NCBI GenBank assembly: GCA_018970425.1
Contig: JAGWWK010000001.1
Span: 1-47,003 of the forward strand
Origin: Patescibacteria group bacterium
Lineage (GTDB): Bacteria; Patescibacteriota; Minisyncoccia; Phycocordibacterales; Phycocordibacteraceae
Direction: 5' to 3'
DNA length: 47,003 nt
Every line of letters begins with the position of its first letter. Positions within the stretch are counted from its first letter, which is position 1. The notes under the pieces are model-generated. The model saw nothing but the letters and a program-made list of their open reading frames with translations, was not told the DNA's origin and did no database searches. Below are positions 35,398 to 43,723 of the stretch, piece by piece. Made by a program: the position numbers and the translations under genes.

Positions 35398-35601
35398 AGT
35401 ATCGCCTGATACTTGGGGCAGCAGCACGCACTGCGTGCGGCAGGAATCGAACGCCGGAGCGATGTGTGATGTTTCATCACACCGCGAGGCGGTGCCCAGG
35501 CCAAGTCCGACCGAAGGGGAGGACGAGAGCCGCGGGCGACTTCCTGTGCTGCCCACCAAGTATCGCCTGATACTTGGGGCAGCAGCACGCACTGCGTGCG
35601 G
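35380..35601 (+). repeat. tRNA 3'-flank module (E-family, 100 nt) bounded by 61-nt direct repeats (last 18 nt of tRNA-Val plus a 43-nt two-hairpin trailer)
   Basis: Direct repeats at 35380-35440 and 35541-35601 are identical. The insert 35441-35540 shares cgaacgc-gagcg, ccgcgaggcggtgcccag, hairpin gtcc-GACCGAAGGGGA-ggac and cgcgggcgac with the Trp module. Confidence 0.85.
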
Positions 35602-35752
35602 TTTGGGGAGAATTTCTTGGTCGGGCCGTAAGCACTTCGTGCTTTCTTCCAGCGCTCGCTCGGAAATATAAAAAAATTTCTATTTCCCTCGCTCGCTCGG
35701 AAGTAGTACAGTAGTACGTGCGGTTTGGGGAGAATTTCTTGGTCGGGCCGTA
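35596..35752 (+). repeat. 35-nt direct repeat (26-nt leader plus the first 9 nt of tRNA-Pro) with a 122-nt period
   Basis: gtgcggtttggggagaatttcttggtcgggccgta at 35596-35630 and 35718-35752. The first copy continues into hairpin agcac-ttc-gtgct and an AT-rich inverted repeat ggaaata..tatttcc. Confidence 0.8.
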
Positions 35753-35817
35753 GTATACCGGTAGTACGTGCGCTTCGGGTGCGTAAAGACTGGGTTCGAT
35801 TCCCAGCGGCCCGACCA
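35744..35817 (+). tRNA. tRNA-Pro (anticodon CGG), CCA encoded
   Basis: cgggccg/cggcccg acceptor, anticodon loop ttcgggt, T arm ctgggttcgattcccag. Confidence 0.9.
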
Positions 35818-35977
35818 AGAAATGCTCCGAGTGTCTGGTAGACACTCGTGGTCGCAGTGCGAGTAAAGACTGGGTTCGATTCCCAGCGGCCCGACCAAGA
35901 AATGCTCCGAGTGTCTGGTAGACACTCGTGGTCGCAGTGCGAGTAAAGACTGGGTTCGATTCCCAGCGGCCCCACCA
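35818..35977 (+). repeat. Two tandem 80-nt units: a 46-nt hairpin spacer plus a copy of the 3' 34 nt of tRNA-Pro(CGG), from the variable region to CCA
   Basis: Units at 35818-35897 and 35898-35977. The spacer agaaatgctccgagtgtctggtagacactcgtggtcgcagtgcgag contains an 8-bp hairpin cgagtgtc/gacactcg. The last copy has cggccccacca instead of cggcccgacca. Confidence 0.85.
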
Positions 35978-36010
35978 AAATGCTATTTTCTAGCTAGAAG
36001 ACAAGCGTCC

Positions 36011-36146
36011 GTCCCATCGTTTCGGGAAGGATTCACGCCAGCGTGGTATCCTCTCCCTACACTCGGGCCGTAAGCCTGGCTTCCGTCCCATCGTTCCGGG
36101 AAGGATTCACGCCAGCGTGGTATCCTCTCCCTACACTCGGGCCGTA
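36011..36146 (+). repeat. 62-nt direct repeat (74-nt period) containing a -10-like box, a leader, and the first 9 nt of tRNA-Pro(GGG)
   Basis: gtcccatcgtt(t/c)cgggaaggattcacgccagcgtggtatcctctccctacactcgggccgta at 36011-36072 and 36085-36146 (61/62 identical). tggtatcct boxes at 36044-36052 and 36118-36126. Confidence 0.85.
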
Positions 36147-36208
36147 GTATACCGGTAGTACGCATGCATGGGGTGCATGTAGACCGGGTTCGATTCCCGG
36201 CGGCCCGA
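36138..36208 (+). tRNA. tRNA-Pro (anticodon GGG)
   Basis: cgggccg/cggcccg acceptor, anticodon loop atggggt, T arm ccgggttcgattcccgg. Confidence 0.9.
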
Positions 36209-36233
36209 CAAATATGCTACAAATGAGTGTACT

Positions 36234-36307
36234 GGGCCTATAGTCTAGTGGTACGATGCAGCATTCGCATTGCTGAGGCGCGAGTTCGATTCTCGCTAGG
36301 TCCACCA
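36234..36307 (+). tRNA. tRNA-Ala (anticodon CGC), G3:U70, CCA encoded
   Basis: gggccta/taggtcc acceptor, anticodon loop ttcgcat, T arm gcgagttcgattctcgc. Confidence 0.88.
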
Positions 36308-36332
36308 GTTGTACTGCGGTGCTACACTCTTC

Positions 36333-36404
36333 GCTCTTGTCGTTCAACGGATAGGACACCTCCCTCCGAAGGAGGAGATGACGGTTCGATTCCGTCCGAG
36401 AGCA
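36333..36404 (+). tRNA. tRNA-Arg (anticodon CCG)
   Basis: gctcttg/cgagagc acceptor, D arm gttcaacggataggac, anticodon loop ctccgaa, T arm gacggttcgattccgtc. Confidence 0.88.
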
Positions 36405-36435
36405 CTCTTTTAACTTCGCTACTCGAGTAGTAAGC

Positions 36436-36606
36436 TCAGTTTGCAATCTGCCCGGTAGCAAAAAGTATTGCTGCAACGATTAAAGCAACTCCTAATGCCA
36501 TTTTTTTAACGGTTAGAGGCGTGTTCCAATTTTCGCGCTTGGGTCCGTCTTCCCAGTCGTCGTCACTTGGGCGCCTGTCTTGAAATGTGATTGTTTCAAA
36601 TTTCAT
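36436..36606 (-). CDS. Small hypothetical tail-anchored membrane protein (56 aa; below the ORF-track cutoff)
   Basis: Hand translation: MKFETITFQDRRPSDDDWEDGPKRENWNTPLTVKKMALGVALIVAAILFATGQIAN. Confidence 0.35.
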   Translation of the reverse strand: MKFETITFQDRRPSDDDWEDGPKRENWNTPLTVKKMALGVALIVAAILFATGQIAN

Positions 36607-36702
36607 GATGCTTCTGTTATACGCCTGTTTTTTCTGCGCGCAAGTGCAGTAGGAGGATTATGCTTGTTGCCACCTCGCACTGCACTCGTAGTACTTCTCT
36701 AG

Positions 36703-36711
36703 TGGTATCCT
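36703..36711 (+). promoter_or_regulatory. Extended -10-like box tggTATCCT upstream of the U-module array and tRNA-Ala(GGC)
   Basis: tatcct 36706-36711; the same box occurs inside the tRNA-Pro(GGG) upstream repeats. Confidence 0.45.
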
Positions 36712-36740
36712 AGTGACGGGCGATAGCGACATCCTCACTC

Positions 36741-36886
36741 GGGCCCAAACTGAAACAGTGCGGGTCCATCGCTCGGACGCCATGAGTGCAAGCACTCGCG
36801 GCGCTCCTCACTCGGGCCCAAACTGAAACAGTGCGGGTCCATCGCTCGGACGCCATGAGTGCAAGCACTCGCGGCGCTCCTCACTC
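36741..36886 (+). repeat. Two identical tandem 73-nt tRNA 5'-flank modules (U-family, Ala type): tRNA-Ala acceptor minihelix mimic (G3:U70 kept) plus conserved 45-nt hairpin
   Basis: Units at 36741-36813 and 36814-36886: gggccc-aaa-ctg-aaa-cag-tgc-gggtcc-a, then tcgctcggacgccatgagtgcaagcactcgcggcgctcctcactc. They abut tRNA-Ala(GGC). Confidence 0.88.
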
Positions 36887-36962
36887 GGGCCCTTAGCTTA
36901 GCTGGTAGAGCGCTTCCATGGCATGGAAGAGGTCAGGAGTTCGAGTCTCCTAGGGTCCACCA
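36887..36962 (+). tRNA. tRNA-Ala (anticodon GGC), G3:U70, CCA encoded
   Basis: gggccct/agggtcc acceptor, anticodon loop atggcat, T arm aggagttcgagtctcct. Confidence 0.9.
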
Positions 36963-37005
36963 AAGTTTATTTACAGAGGAATTAGCCTCGCTCGGTATTG
37001 AAGAC

Positions 37006-37482
37006 GTGCTTATTGCGTTTGCAATAGGTGGCATAACCGCTGCTATGTACAGCGTAGTGTCTCCGGTGCGCGAGCGCCTCGAGCGCAGCGGCATAGGGGT
37101 GCTTCTTGCTTGTGCATATGGTATTGGTATCGTGATTCTATACGGCGGTTTTTATCTGCTTAACTTGTCATCAGTATTAGTCGCATTTGTGACACTCGCC
37201 GTTTTTGCTTTTGTGCCGCTCATAATTAAGCCCTGGGATCTTAAGGGAGCACTGCTGACCGGACTCATGTTTGGTGGGTTTTTATTCTTTTTTGAAATGG
37301 TGTTTTTCCTAGCATACCCGGGGATCGTTGACGCATGGTGGTTTGGTGCCACATGGGGGCGGGTACTAGGGGTACCTTATGAGGAAATCATATGGGGATT
37401 CTTGTGGGGGGTCGCGGGCGCATCAGGAACCGAGCTTGTGCTGCGATTGAGATTGCGCCGTCTACCGAGGGCTACTACTTAG
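37006..37482 (+). CDS. Hypothetical polytopic membrane protein (start uncertain: GTG 37006 or ATG 37045)
   Basis: ORF 36859 trimmed because its 5' part overlaps the U modules and tRNA-Ala. Five or six hydrophobic helices. The GVPYEEIIWGFLWG motif is faintly lycopene-cyclase-domain-like. Confidence 0.45.
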   Translation: MLIAFAIGGITAAMYSVVSPVRERLERSGIGVLLACAYGIGIVILYGGFYLLNLSSVLVAFVTLAVFAFVPLIIKPWDLKGALLTGLMFGGFLFFFEMVFFLAYPGIVDAWWFGATWGRVLGVPYEEIIWGFLWGVAGASGTELVLRLRLRRLPRATT

Positions 37483-37762
37483 GAGCATCAAGCTTTTCGA
37501 GCCCGAGCTGCTTGAATACGACGTATATAACGCCGGCAATAATAAGAAAATCGACGAGTGTGGCAATAAAGGCACCATAGTTTATGCCCAGATAGGCGAG
37601 ACCCTTGAGTCCCTCGGTGGAGCCAAGGATGAGGGCTAGAGCGGGCATGATGATGTCGTTTACTAACGAGGCAACGACCTTACCGACTGCACCTCCTAAA
37701 ATAAAGCCGATCGCGAGTCCAACCACCCCTTGCTGGCGAACAAATTGAATGAAATTTTGCAT
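37475..37762 (-). CDS. mscL: Large-conductance mechanosensitive channel
   Basis: ORF trimmed to MQNFIQFVRQQGVVGLAIGFILGGAVGKVVASLVNDIIMP (typical MscL N-terminus). A tgcTAAACT box lies 8 nt upstream. Confidence 0.88.
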   Translation of the reverse strand: MQNFIQFVRQQGVVGLAIGFILGGAVGKVVASLVNDIIMPALALILGSTEGLKGLAYLGINYGAFIATLVDFLIIAGVIYVVFKQLGLEKLDAPK

Positions 37763-37784
37763 ATAGGCACAGTTTAGCAGTGCG

Positions 37785-37793
37785 TGATAGAGT
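37785..37793 (+). promoter_or_regulatory. Extended -10-like box tgaTAGAGT, 6 nt upstream of the atpB ATG
   Basis: tagagt 37788-37793, ATG 37800. Confidence 0.45.
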
Positions 37794-37799
37794 AGGGGA

Positions 37800-38537
37800 A
37801 TGGCAGCTGAAGCTGGCGGCATTCATATTGCATTTGCGCCGTACGTACTCGGCAATGTCGGCTCTTTTCCGATAACCGCAACGCTCGTTACCTCCTGGGT
37901 CGTTGTCGGCCTCCTTGTGGTGTGGGCATTTTTCTTTGCCCGATCCCTTAAAATGACACCCGGCCGAGGACAGGTTTTGGTTGAAACGACTATCGGGTTT
38001 GCCTATGACTACGTAAAAGAAGTGCTTGAGGACGAGAAGCTCGCTCGGCGCTACTTCCCGTTCATCATGACCATTTTTGTATTTATTGCGGCGGCCAACC
38101 TGTTCGGTCTTTTACCGTTTACGGGTCACGCGCTCACATTCCACGATACGCCGCTTTTCTACCCCGTAAATACCGACCTCAACATGACGCTGGCGATGGC
38201 GGTAGTTGCTGTGCTCGTGATCGAATTTGCGGGCATCGCGGCACTCGGTGTGTTGAAGTACGGCTCAAAATTTGTTAATTTTCACTCGGTCGTCGGATTT
38301 TGCATCGGCATCATTGAATTGATTTCCGAGCTTGCCCGTTTGATCACGTTTTCGTTCCGCCTCTTTGGCAATATCTTTGCCGGAAAGGTGCTCATACTTG
38401 TCGCCCTCTACTTCCTTCCGTACTTCTTACCGGTACCGTTACTGGTATATGAAGTGGCGGTAGGAATTATCCAGGGCGCAGTGTTCGCATTATTGACACT
38501 GTTCTTTATTAAAATTGCGGTCACAGAGCCGCACTAA
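37800..38537 (+). CDS. atpB: F0F1 ATP synthase subunit a
   Basis: Conserved Arg helix ITFSFRLFGNIFAG; first gene of the atp operon. Confidence 0.9.
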   Translation: MAAEAGGIHIAFAPYVLGNVGSFPITATLVTSWVVVGLLVVWAFFFARSLKMTPGRGQVLVETTIGFAYDYVKEVLEDEKLARRYFPFIMTIFVFIAAANLFGLLPFTGHALTFHDTPLFYPVNTDLNMTLAMAVVAVLVIEFAGIAALGVLKYGSKFVNFHSVVGFCIGIIELISELARLITFSFRLFGNIFAGKVLILVALYFLPYFLPVPLLVYEVAVGIIQGAVFALLTLFFIKIAVTEPH

Positions 38538-38548
38538 TCAATCGTTAA

Positions 38549-38782
<234 letters not shown>

Positions 38783-38786
38783 CAGT

Positions 38787-39230
38787 ATGGGGGACCTCGT
38801 GCAGGTGTTCGGCATCGACTGGAGACTAATGGTCGCGCAAGCGGTCAACTTTGCGGTGCTGGTCGCGGTACTGGGGTACTTTGTCTATGGCCCGGTTATG
38901 CGGCTCCTCGCAGAGCGCGCAAAAAAGATAGCTGAGGGCATCGCGGACGCGGCTGCGGCAAAAGAGGAGCGCGAAGCTGCCGCCTCAGAGCGATCAGGTA
39001 TTGTTTCTGAAGCGCGTCACCAGGCTGAAACAATCATTGCCCGCGCGCAAGACGAGGGAAAGAATGAGCGCATGACTATTGTGAAGCAGGCGCAGGATCG
39101 CGCCGCGCAAATTGTGCGCGATGCCGACCTCGCCGCAGCAGAAGGTAAGCGCAAGGCGCTCAAAGACTCTGAAGCAGAGGTGGCACGCGCCGCAGTGCTT
39201 GCCGCAGAAAAAATACTTAGGAATTCATGA
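38787..39230 (+). CDS. atpF: F0F1 ATP synthase subunit b
   Basis: ORF 38664 trimmed to ATG 38787, just after the atpE stop. N-terminal TM and a long Ala/Glu/Arg-rich helix. Confidence 0.85.
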   Translation: MGDLVQVFGIDWRLMVAQAVNFAVLVAVLGYFVYGPVMRLLAERAKKIAEGIADAAAAKEEREAAASERSGIVSEARHQAETIIARAQDEGKNERMTIVKQAQDRAAQIVRDADLAAAEGKRKALKDSEAEVARAAVLAAEKILRNS

Positions 39231-39544
39231 CACTTGTAGAGCGATACGCACAGGTAGCAGCACTTGTTGACACGACACAGCTCGTGGCGTACCTGACGCA
39301 TCGCCGGCACCTCTCCCTCCTTCCAAAGATTGTGCGCTACATGGAGCGGAGATCGTCGCCACACGAAGTAGTTGTTGTTGCGCGAGAGCACGACCGCGCA
39401 AAAATGCATCACAAGTTCCCAGCAGCCGCAATCGAGGTAGACCCGAAGATTGTTGGAGGCTACATCGCCCGCGCCGGTACCGAAGTTACAGACGCCTCGT
39501 ACCGTCGAGCATTAGTACAGCTTTATCACAACACCACGAAGTAG
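39227..39544 (+). CDS. atpH: F0F1 ATP synthase subunit delta, unusually short (105 aa)
   Basis: Position between atpF and atpA; the C-terminal OSCP-like stretch DPKIVGGYIARAGTEVTDASYRRALVQL is retained. Confidence 0.7.
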   Translation: MTLVERYAQVAALVDTTQLVAYLTHRRHLSLLPKIVRYMERRSSPHEVVVVAREHDRAKMHHKFPAAAIEVDPKIVGGYIARAGTEVTDASYRRALVQLYHNTTK

Positions 39545-39545
39545 T

Positions 39546-41096
39546 ATGCATAGCCCAATTATAGAAAAGCTCAAGAAAGAGATTGAGTCACTCGGCGCAG
39601 ATACGAAGACGGAACACATTGGGATAGTCCGCGCGGTCGGAGACGGCATTGTTGAGATCGATGGGCTCGTGGGTGCGTCAATGGCTGAAATGGTGGTGTT
39701 TGATGAGGCATCGCAGCTATCGGTTGGGGACGCGGTCCGACGCGAGGGCGCGCTCTATGGCGTCATTTTGAACCTTGAAGAGGACACCGTAAAAGCAATC
39801 ATTCTCGGTGAGGCGTCTCGCGTGCAAGAGGGCATGCATGTGCGCGGCACAGGTAAGTTGCTCTCCGTGCCCGTTGGAGACGCGGTGATCGGCCGCATTG
39901 TAAATACGCTCGGCGAGCCGGTTGACGGCAAGGGTCCTATCGCTGCGGATACTTCCTATCCGGTTGAGCGAGAAGCGTATGGCGTTATTGATCGTCAGTC
40001 CGTCAATGAGCCGCTCCACACCGGCATTAAAGCAATCGACGTCCTTATTCCGATCGGTCGCGGTCAGCGTGAGCTCATTATCGGTGACCGCGGAACAGGA
40101 AAGACCGCCGTCGCGATTGACGCAATTTTGAATCAAATGAACGAACCGGTCGACAAGCGGCCGCTGTGCATCTATGTCGCAATCGGTCAGAAAGAAAGTA
40201 AGACCGCGCGCGTTGCCGGCCTCCTCGCGGAGCGTGGGGCGATGGAGTACACCACTATCGTGACAGCGCCTGCGTCAGCGCCCGCGGCGTATCAGTTCCT
40301 TGCGCCGTACGCGGGTGTCGCGATGGCGGAATACTTTATGGATAAGGGGCGCGATGTGCTCATTATTTACGACGACCTCTCAAAGCAGGCTGTCGCGTAC
40401 CGCCAACTCTCACTCCTCCTCCGCCGACCGCCAGGACGCGAAGCGTATCCGGGAGACATCTTTTATCTCCACTCACGACTTCTCGAGCGCGCCGCGAAGC
40501 TCTCAAAGGAAAAGGGCGGCGGCTCAATAACCGCGCTTCCTATCATTGAAACGCAAGACGGCGATATCTCCGCATACATTCCGACAAATGTGATTTCAAT
40601 CACGGATGGGCAGATGTTCCTGGAGGCAGACCTCTTTAACAAAGGCACGCGCCCCGCCATTAATGTTGGTATTTCAGTTTCGCGCGTAGGAGGCGCGGCT
40701 CAAACCAAGGCGATGAAAAAGGTTGCCGGCCGCATAAAGCTCGACCTAGCGCAGTTCCGCGAGCTTGAAGCGTTTATGCAGTTCTCACAGGACCTAGACG
40801 CAGACACTAAGAAGCGCATCGACACCGGCAGACGCCTAGTAGCGACCTTGAACCAGAACAAGTACGCGCCTATCCCGTTTGAGGTGCAAGTCTCGGTGAT
40901 GTACGCTGCGACCAGAGGACACTTCGATAGTTACCCGCCTGAGCGCATTCAAGATATTGAATCGCGCTTCACCGCCTTCATGCTCCTTGAGGGGAAGGAT
41001 GTCTTAGCTGCGATTAAGAAAGATCGCGATATCAAAGAAGAGGTTGAAGCTAAGCTAAAGTCAGCAATTGAGGCATTCGTGAGCGCCAACAAATAG
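39546..41096 (+). CDS. atpA: F0F1 ATP synthase subunit alpha
   Basis: Walker A GDRGTGKTAVAID; ITDGQMFL. Confidence 0.96.
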   Translation: MHSPIIEKLKKEIESLGADTKTEHIGIVRAVGDGIVEIDGLVGASMAEMVVFDEASQLSVGDAVRREGALYGVILNLEEDTVKAIILGEASRVQEGMHVRGTGKLLSVPVGDAVIGRIVNTLGEPVDGKGPIAADTSYPVEREAYGVIDRQSVNEPLHTGIKAIDVLIPIGRGQRELIIGDRGTGKTAVAIDAILNQMNEPVDKRPLCIYVAIGQKESKTARVAGLLAERGAMEYTTIVTAPASAPAAYQFLAPYAGVAMAEYFMDKGRDVLIIYDDLSKQAVAYRQLSLLLRRPPGREAYPGDIFYLHSRLLERAAKLSKEKGGGSITALPIIETQDGDISAYIPTNVISITDGQMFLEADLFNKGTRPAINVGISVSRVGGAAQTKAMKKVAGRIKLDLAQFRELEAFMQFSQDLDADTKKRIDTGRRLVATLNQNKYAPIPFEVQVSVMYAATRGHFDSYPPERIQDIESRFTAFMLLEGKDVLAAIKKDRDIKEEVEAKLKSAIEAFVSANK

Positions 41097-41099
41097 TAC

Positions 41100-42017
41100 A
41101 TGTCACTCAGAGACATTAAAACTAAAATTCGCTCCGTCGATCGTACCCGCAAGGTGACGAAGGCGATGGAGACTGTCTCTGCGGTTAAGATGCGCAAGGC
41201 GCAGCAGCGCGCGCTCTCTGGACGCCCCTACGCGCGCGCAGCGCTCTCAATACTCGAGCGTCTCTCGCCGTCTCTCGTGACGCTCGCGCACCCACTGACG
41301 ACTGCGCGCCCGGTGCGCCGCGCCGGGCTCATTGTGGTAACTAGTGACAAGGGGCTCTGCGGTGTGTTAAACGCCGCGGTCCTTAAAGAGTCGGAACGCG
41401 TCATTGCGACGCTCGGGCTCGAGCTCAAAAACATTGACTTGTATGTGTTCGGGCGAAAAGCGGCTGAGTACTTTGGCCGCCGCGGCTACACGCTCAAGTC
41501 CAAGTTTGAGAATATTTCTGACGATGTATCACCGAGCGATCTTGAGCGCATCTCTCGCGACGTGGTCCGTTCCTTTGAGGCGGGGGAGATAGATGCAGTG
41601 CGCGTGGTATACACAAACTTTAAGTCGACCTTCGAGCAGGAGGCGCTCTCCCACACCGTGCTCCCGTTCTCGCTAGAGCAGTTTAGAGACATCGTAGCCG
41701 GCATCGTTCCGCAGAAAGGTGCCTATGCTGAAGCTCGCCCCAATCCGGCGCCTCGCTTCTACACAGTTGAGCCGAGCGAGAGCGAAGTGCTCGGCACATT
41801 ACTCCCACGCTTAACCACTGTGTTCCTTTACCACATGCTCCTCGAGAGCAAAGCGTCCGAGCACTCGGCACGCATGGTGGCAATGAAAAATGCGTCTGAC
41901 AAGTCCCGTGATCTCTCGAAGGCGCTCACGCGTGTCTTTAACAAGACGCGCCAGGCGGTTATTACGCGAGAGGTGTCGGAGATAGTCGGCGGTATTGAGG
42001 CAATGGCAGGTAATTAA
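41100..42017 (+). CDS. atpG: F0F1 ATP synthase subunit gamma
   Basis: MSLRDIKTKIRSVDRTRKVTKAMETVSAVKMRKAQ N-terminus; C-terminal ITREVSEIVGG. Confidence 0.93.
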   Translation: MSLRDIKTKIRSVDRTRKVTKAMETVSAVKMRKAQQRALSGRPYARAALSILERLSPSLVTLAHPLTTARPVRRAGLIVVTSDKGLCGVLNAAVLKESERVIATLGLELKNIDLYVFGRKAAEYFGRRGYTLKSKFENISDDVSPSDLERISRDVVRSFEAGEIDAVRVVYTNFKSTFEQEALSHTVLPFSLEQFRDIVAGIVPQKGAYAEARPNPAPRFYTVEPSESEVLGTLLPRLTTVFLYHMLLESKASEHSARMVAMKNASDKSRDLSKALTRVFNKTRQAVITREVSEIVGGIEAMAGN

Positions 42018-42033
42018 TAACGATATACACTAA

Positions 42034-43410
<1,377 letters not shown>

Positions 43411-43428
43411 TTAACATTAGCTACGATT

Positions 43429-43713
43429 ATGCGAGAAGGTGAACCCAAAAATGATTTAGATTTAGAAAAAAAAATTGATGAAGAGTCAACCCAAAAGAGC
43501 GCTGGCAGCGCCGATAGTCATGAACATGACAAGACCGAAGAGTCACTGAAGGAGAATGCAGTTGTAAATGTGAGCAATGCTACTGATCGAATTGACACAA
43601 TAAATGTTGCTGAAAATTCTGAGAGAGAGATGTGTGTTTGCACTCCTTGTCGACACCCGGCCGAGCCTCACCGGTCAAGATGTTCAAGGCACCGACAGGG
43701 GTGTCCGATGTAA
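43429..43713 (+). CDS. Doubtful ORF (94 aa, acidic low-complexity) in an AT-rich spacer between atpD and atpC
   Basis: Only an ORF-track hit; no family recognised; composition unlike the flanking genes. It could be non-coding. Confidence 0.2.
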   Translation: MREGEPKNDLDLEKKIDEESTQKSAGSADSHEHDKTEESLKENAVVNVSNATDRIDTINVAENSEREMCVCTPCRHPAEPHRSRCSRHRQGCPM

Positions 43714-43723
43714 CTAACATAGT

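Noticed and set aside
35340-35978. Long ORFs across the tRNA/repeat regions (35340..35978-, 35477..35845-, 36057..36476-, 18646..19140-, 18614..18808+, 18750..18938+, 18880..19164+)
   Set aside because: They overlap tRNA genes and tandem repeats. Their repetitive peptide sequences are a by-product of the DNA repeats, and no protein family is recognisable.
36320-36332. tgcTACACT box as the promoter of tRNA-Arg(CCG)
   Set aside because: The hexamer ends only 4 nt upstream of tRNA position +1, which would place a normal TSS inside the tRNA. It is therefore not counted among the supported examples.
18496-36962. Classical genomic-island or prophage integration at tRNA genes as the explanation for the duplicated tRNA ends
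   Set aside because: The inserts are only 65-154 nt and carry no ORF, and no integrase is encoded nearby. Relics of site-specific accretion remain a possible origin but not a complete explanation, because the modules share a conserved structured core.
36859-37005. N-terminal 49 codons of ORF 36859..37482
   Set aside because: This part overlaps the U module and the whole of tRNA-Ala(GGC). The same MQALAALL... peptide arises from the U-module copy at 18614, showing it is a repeat artefact.
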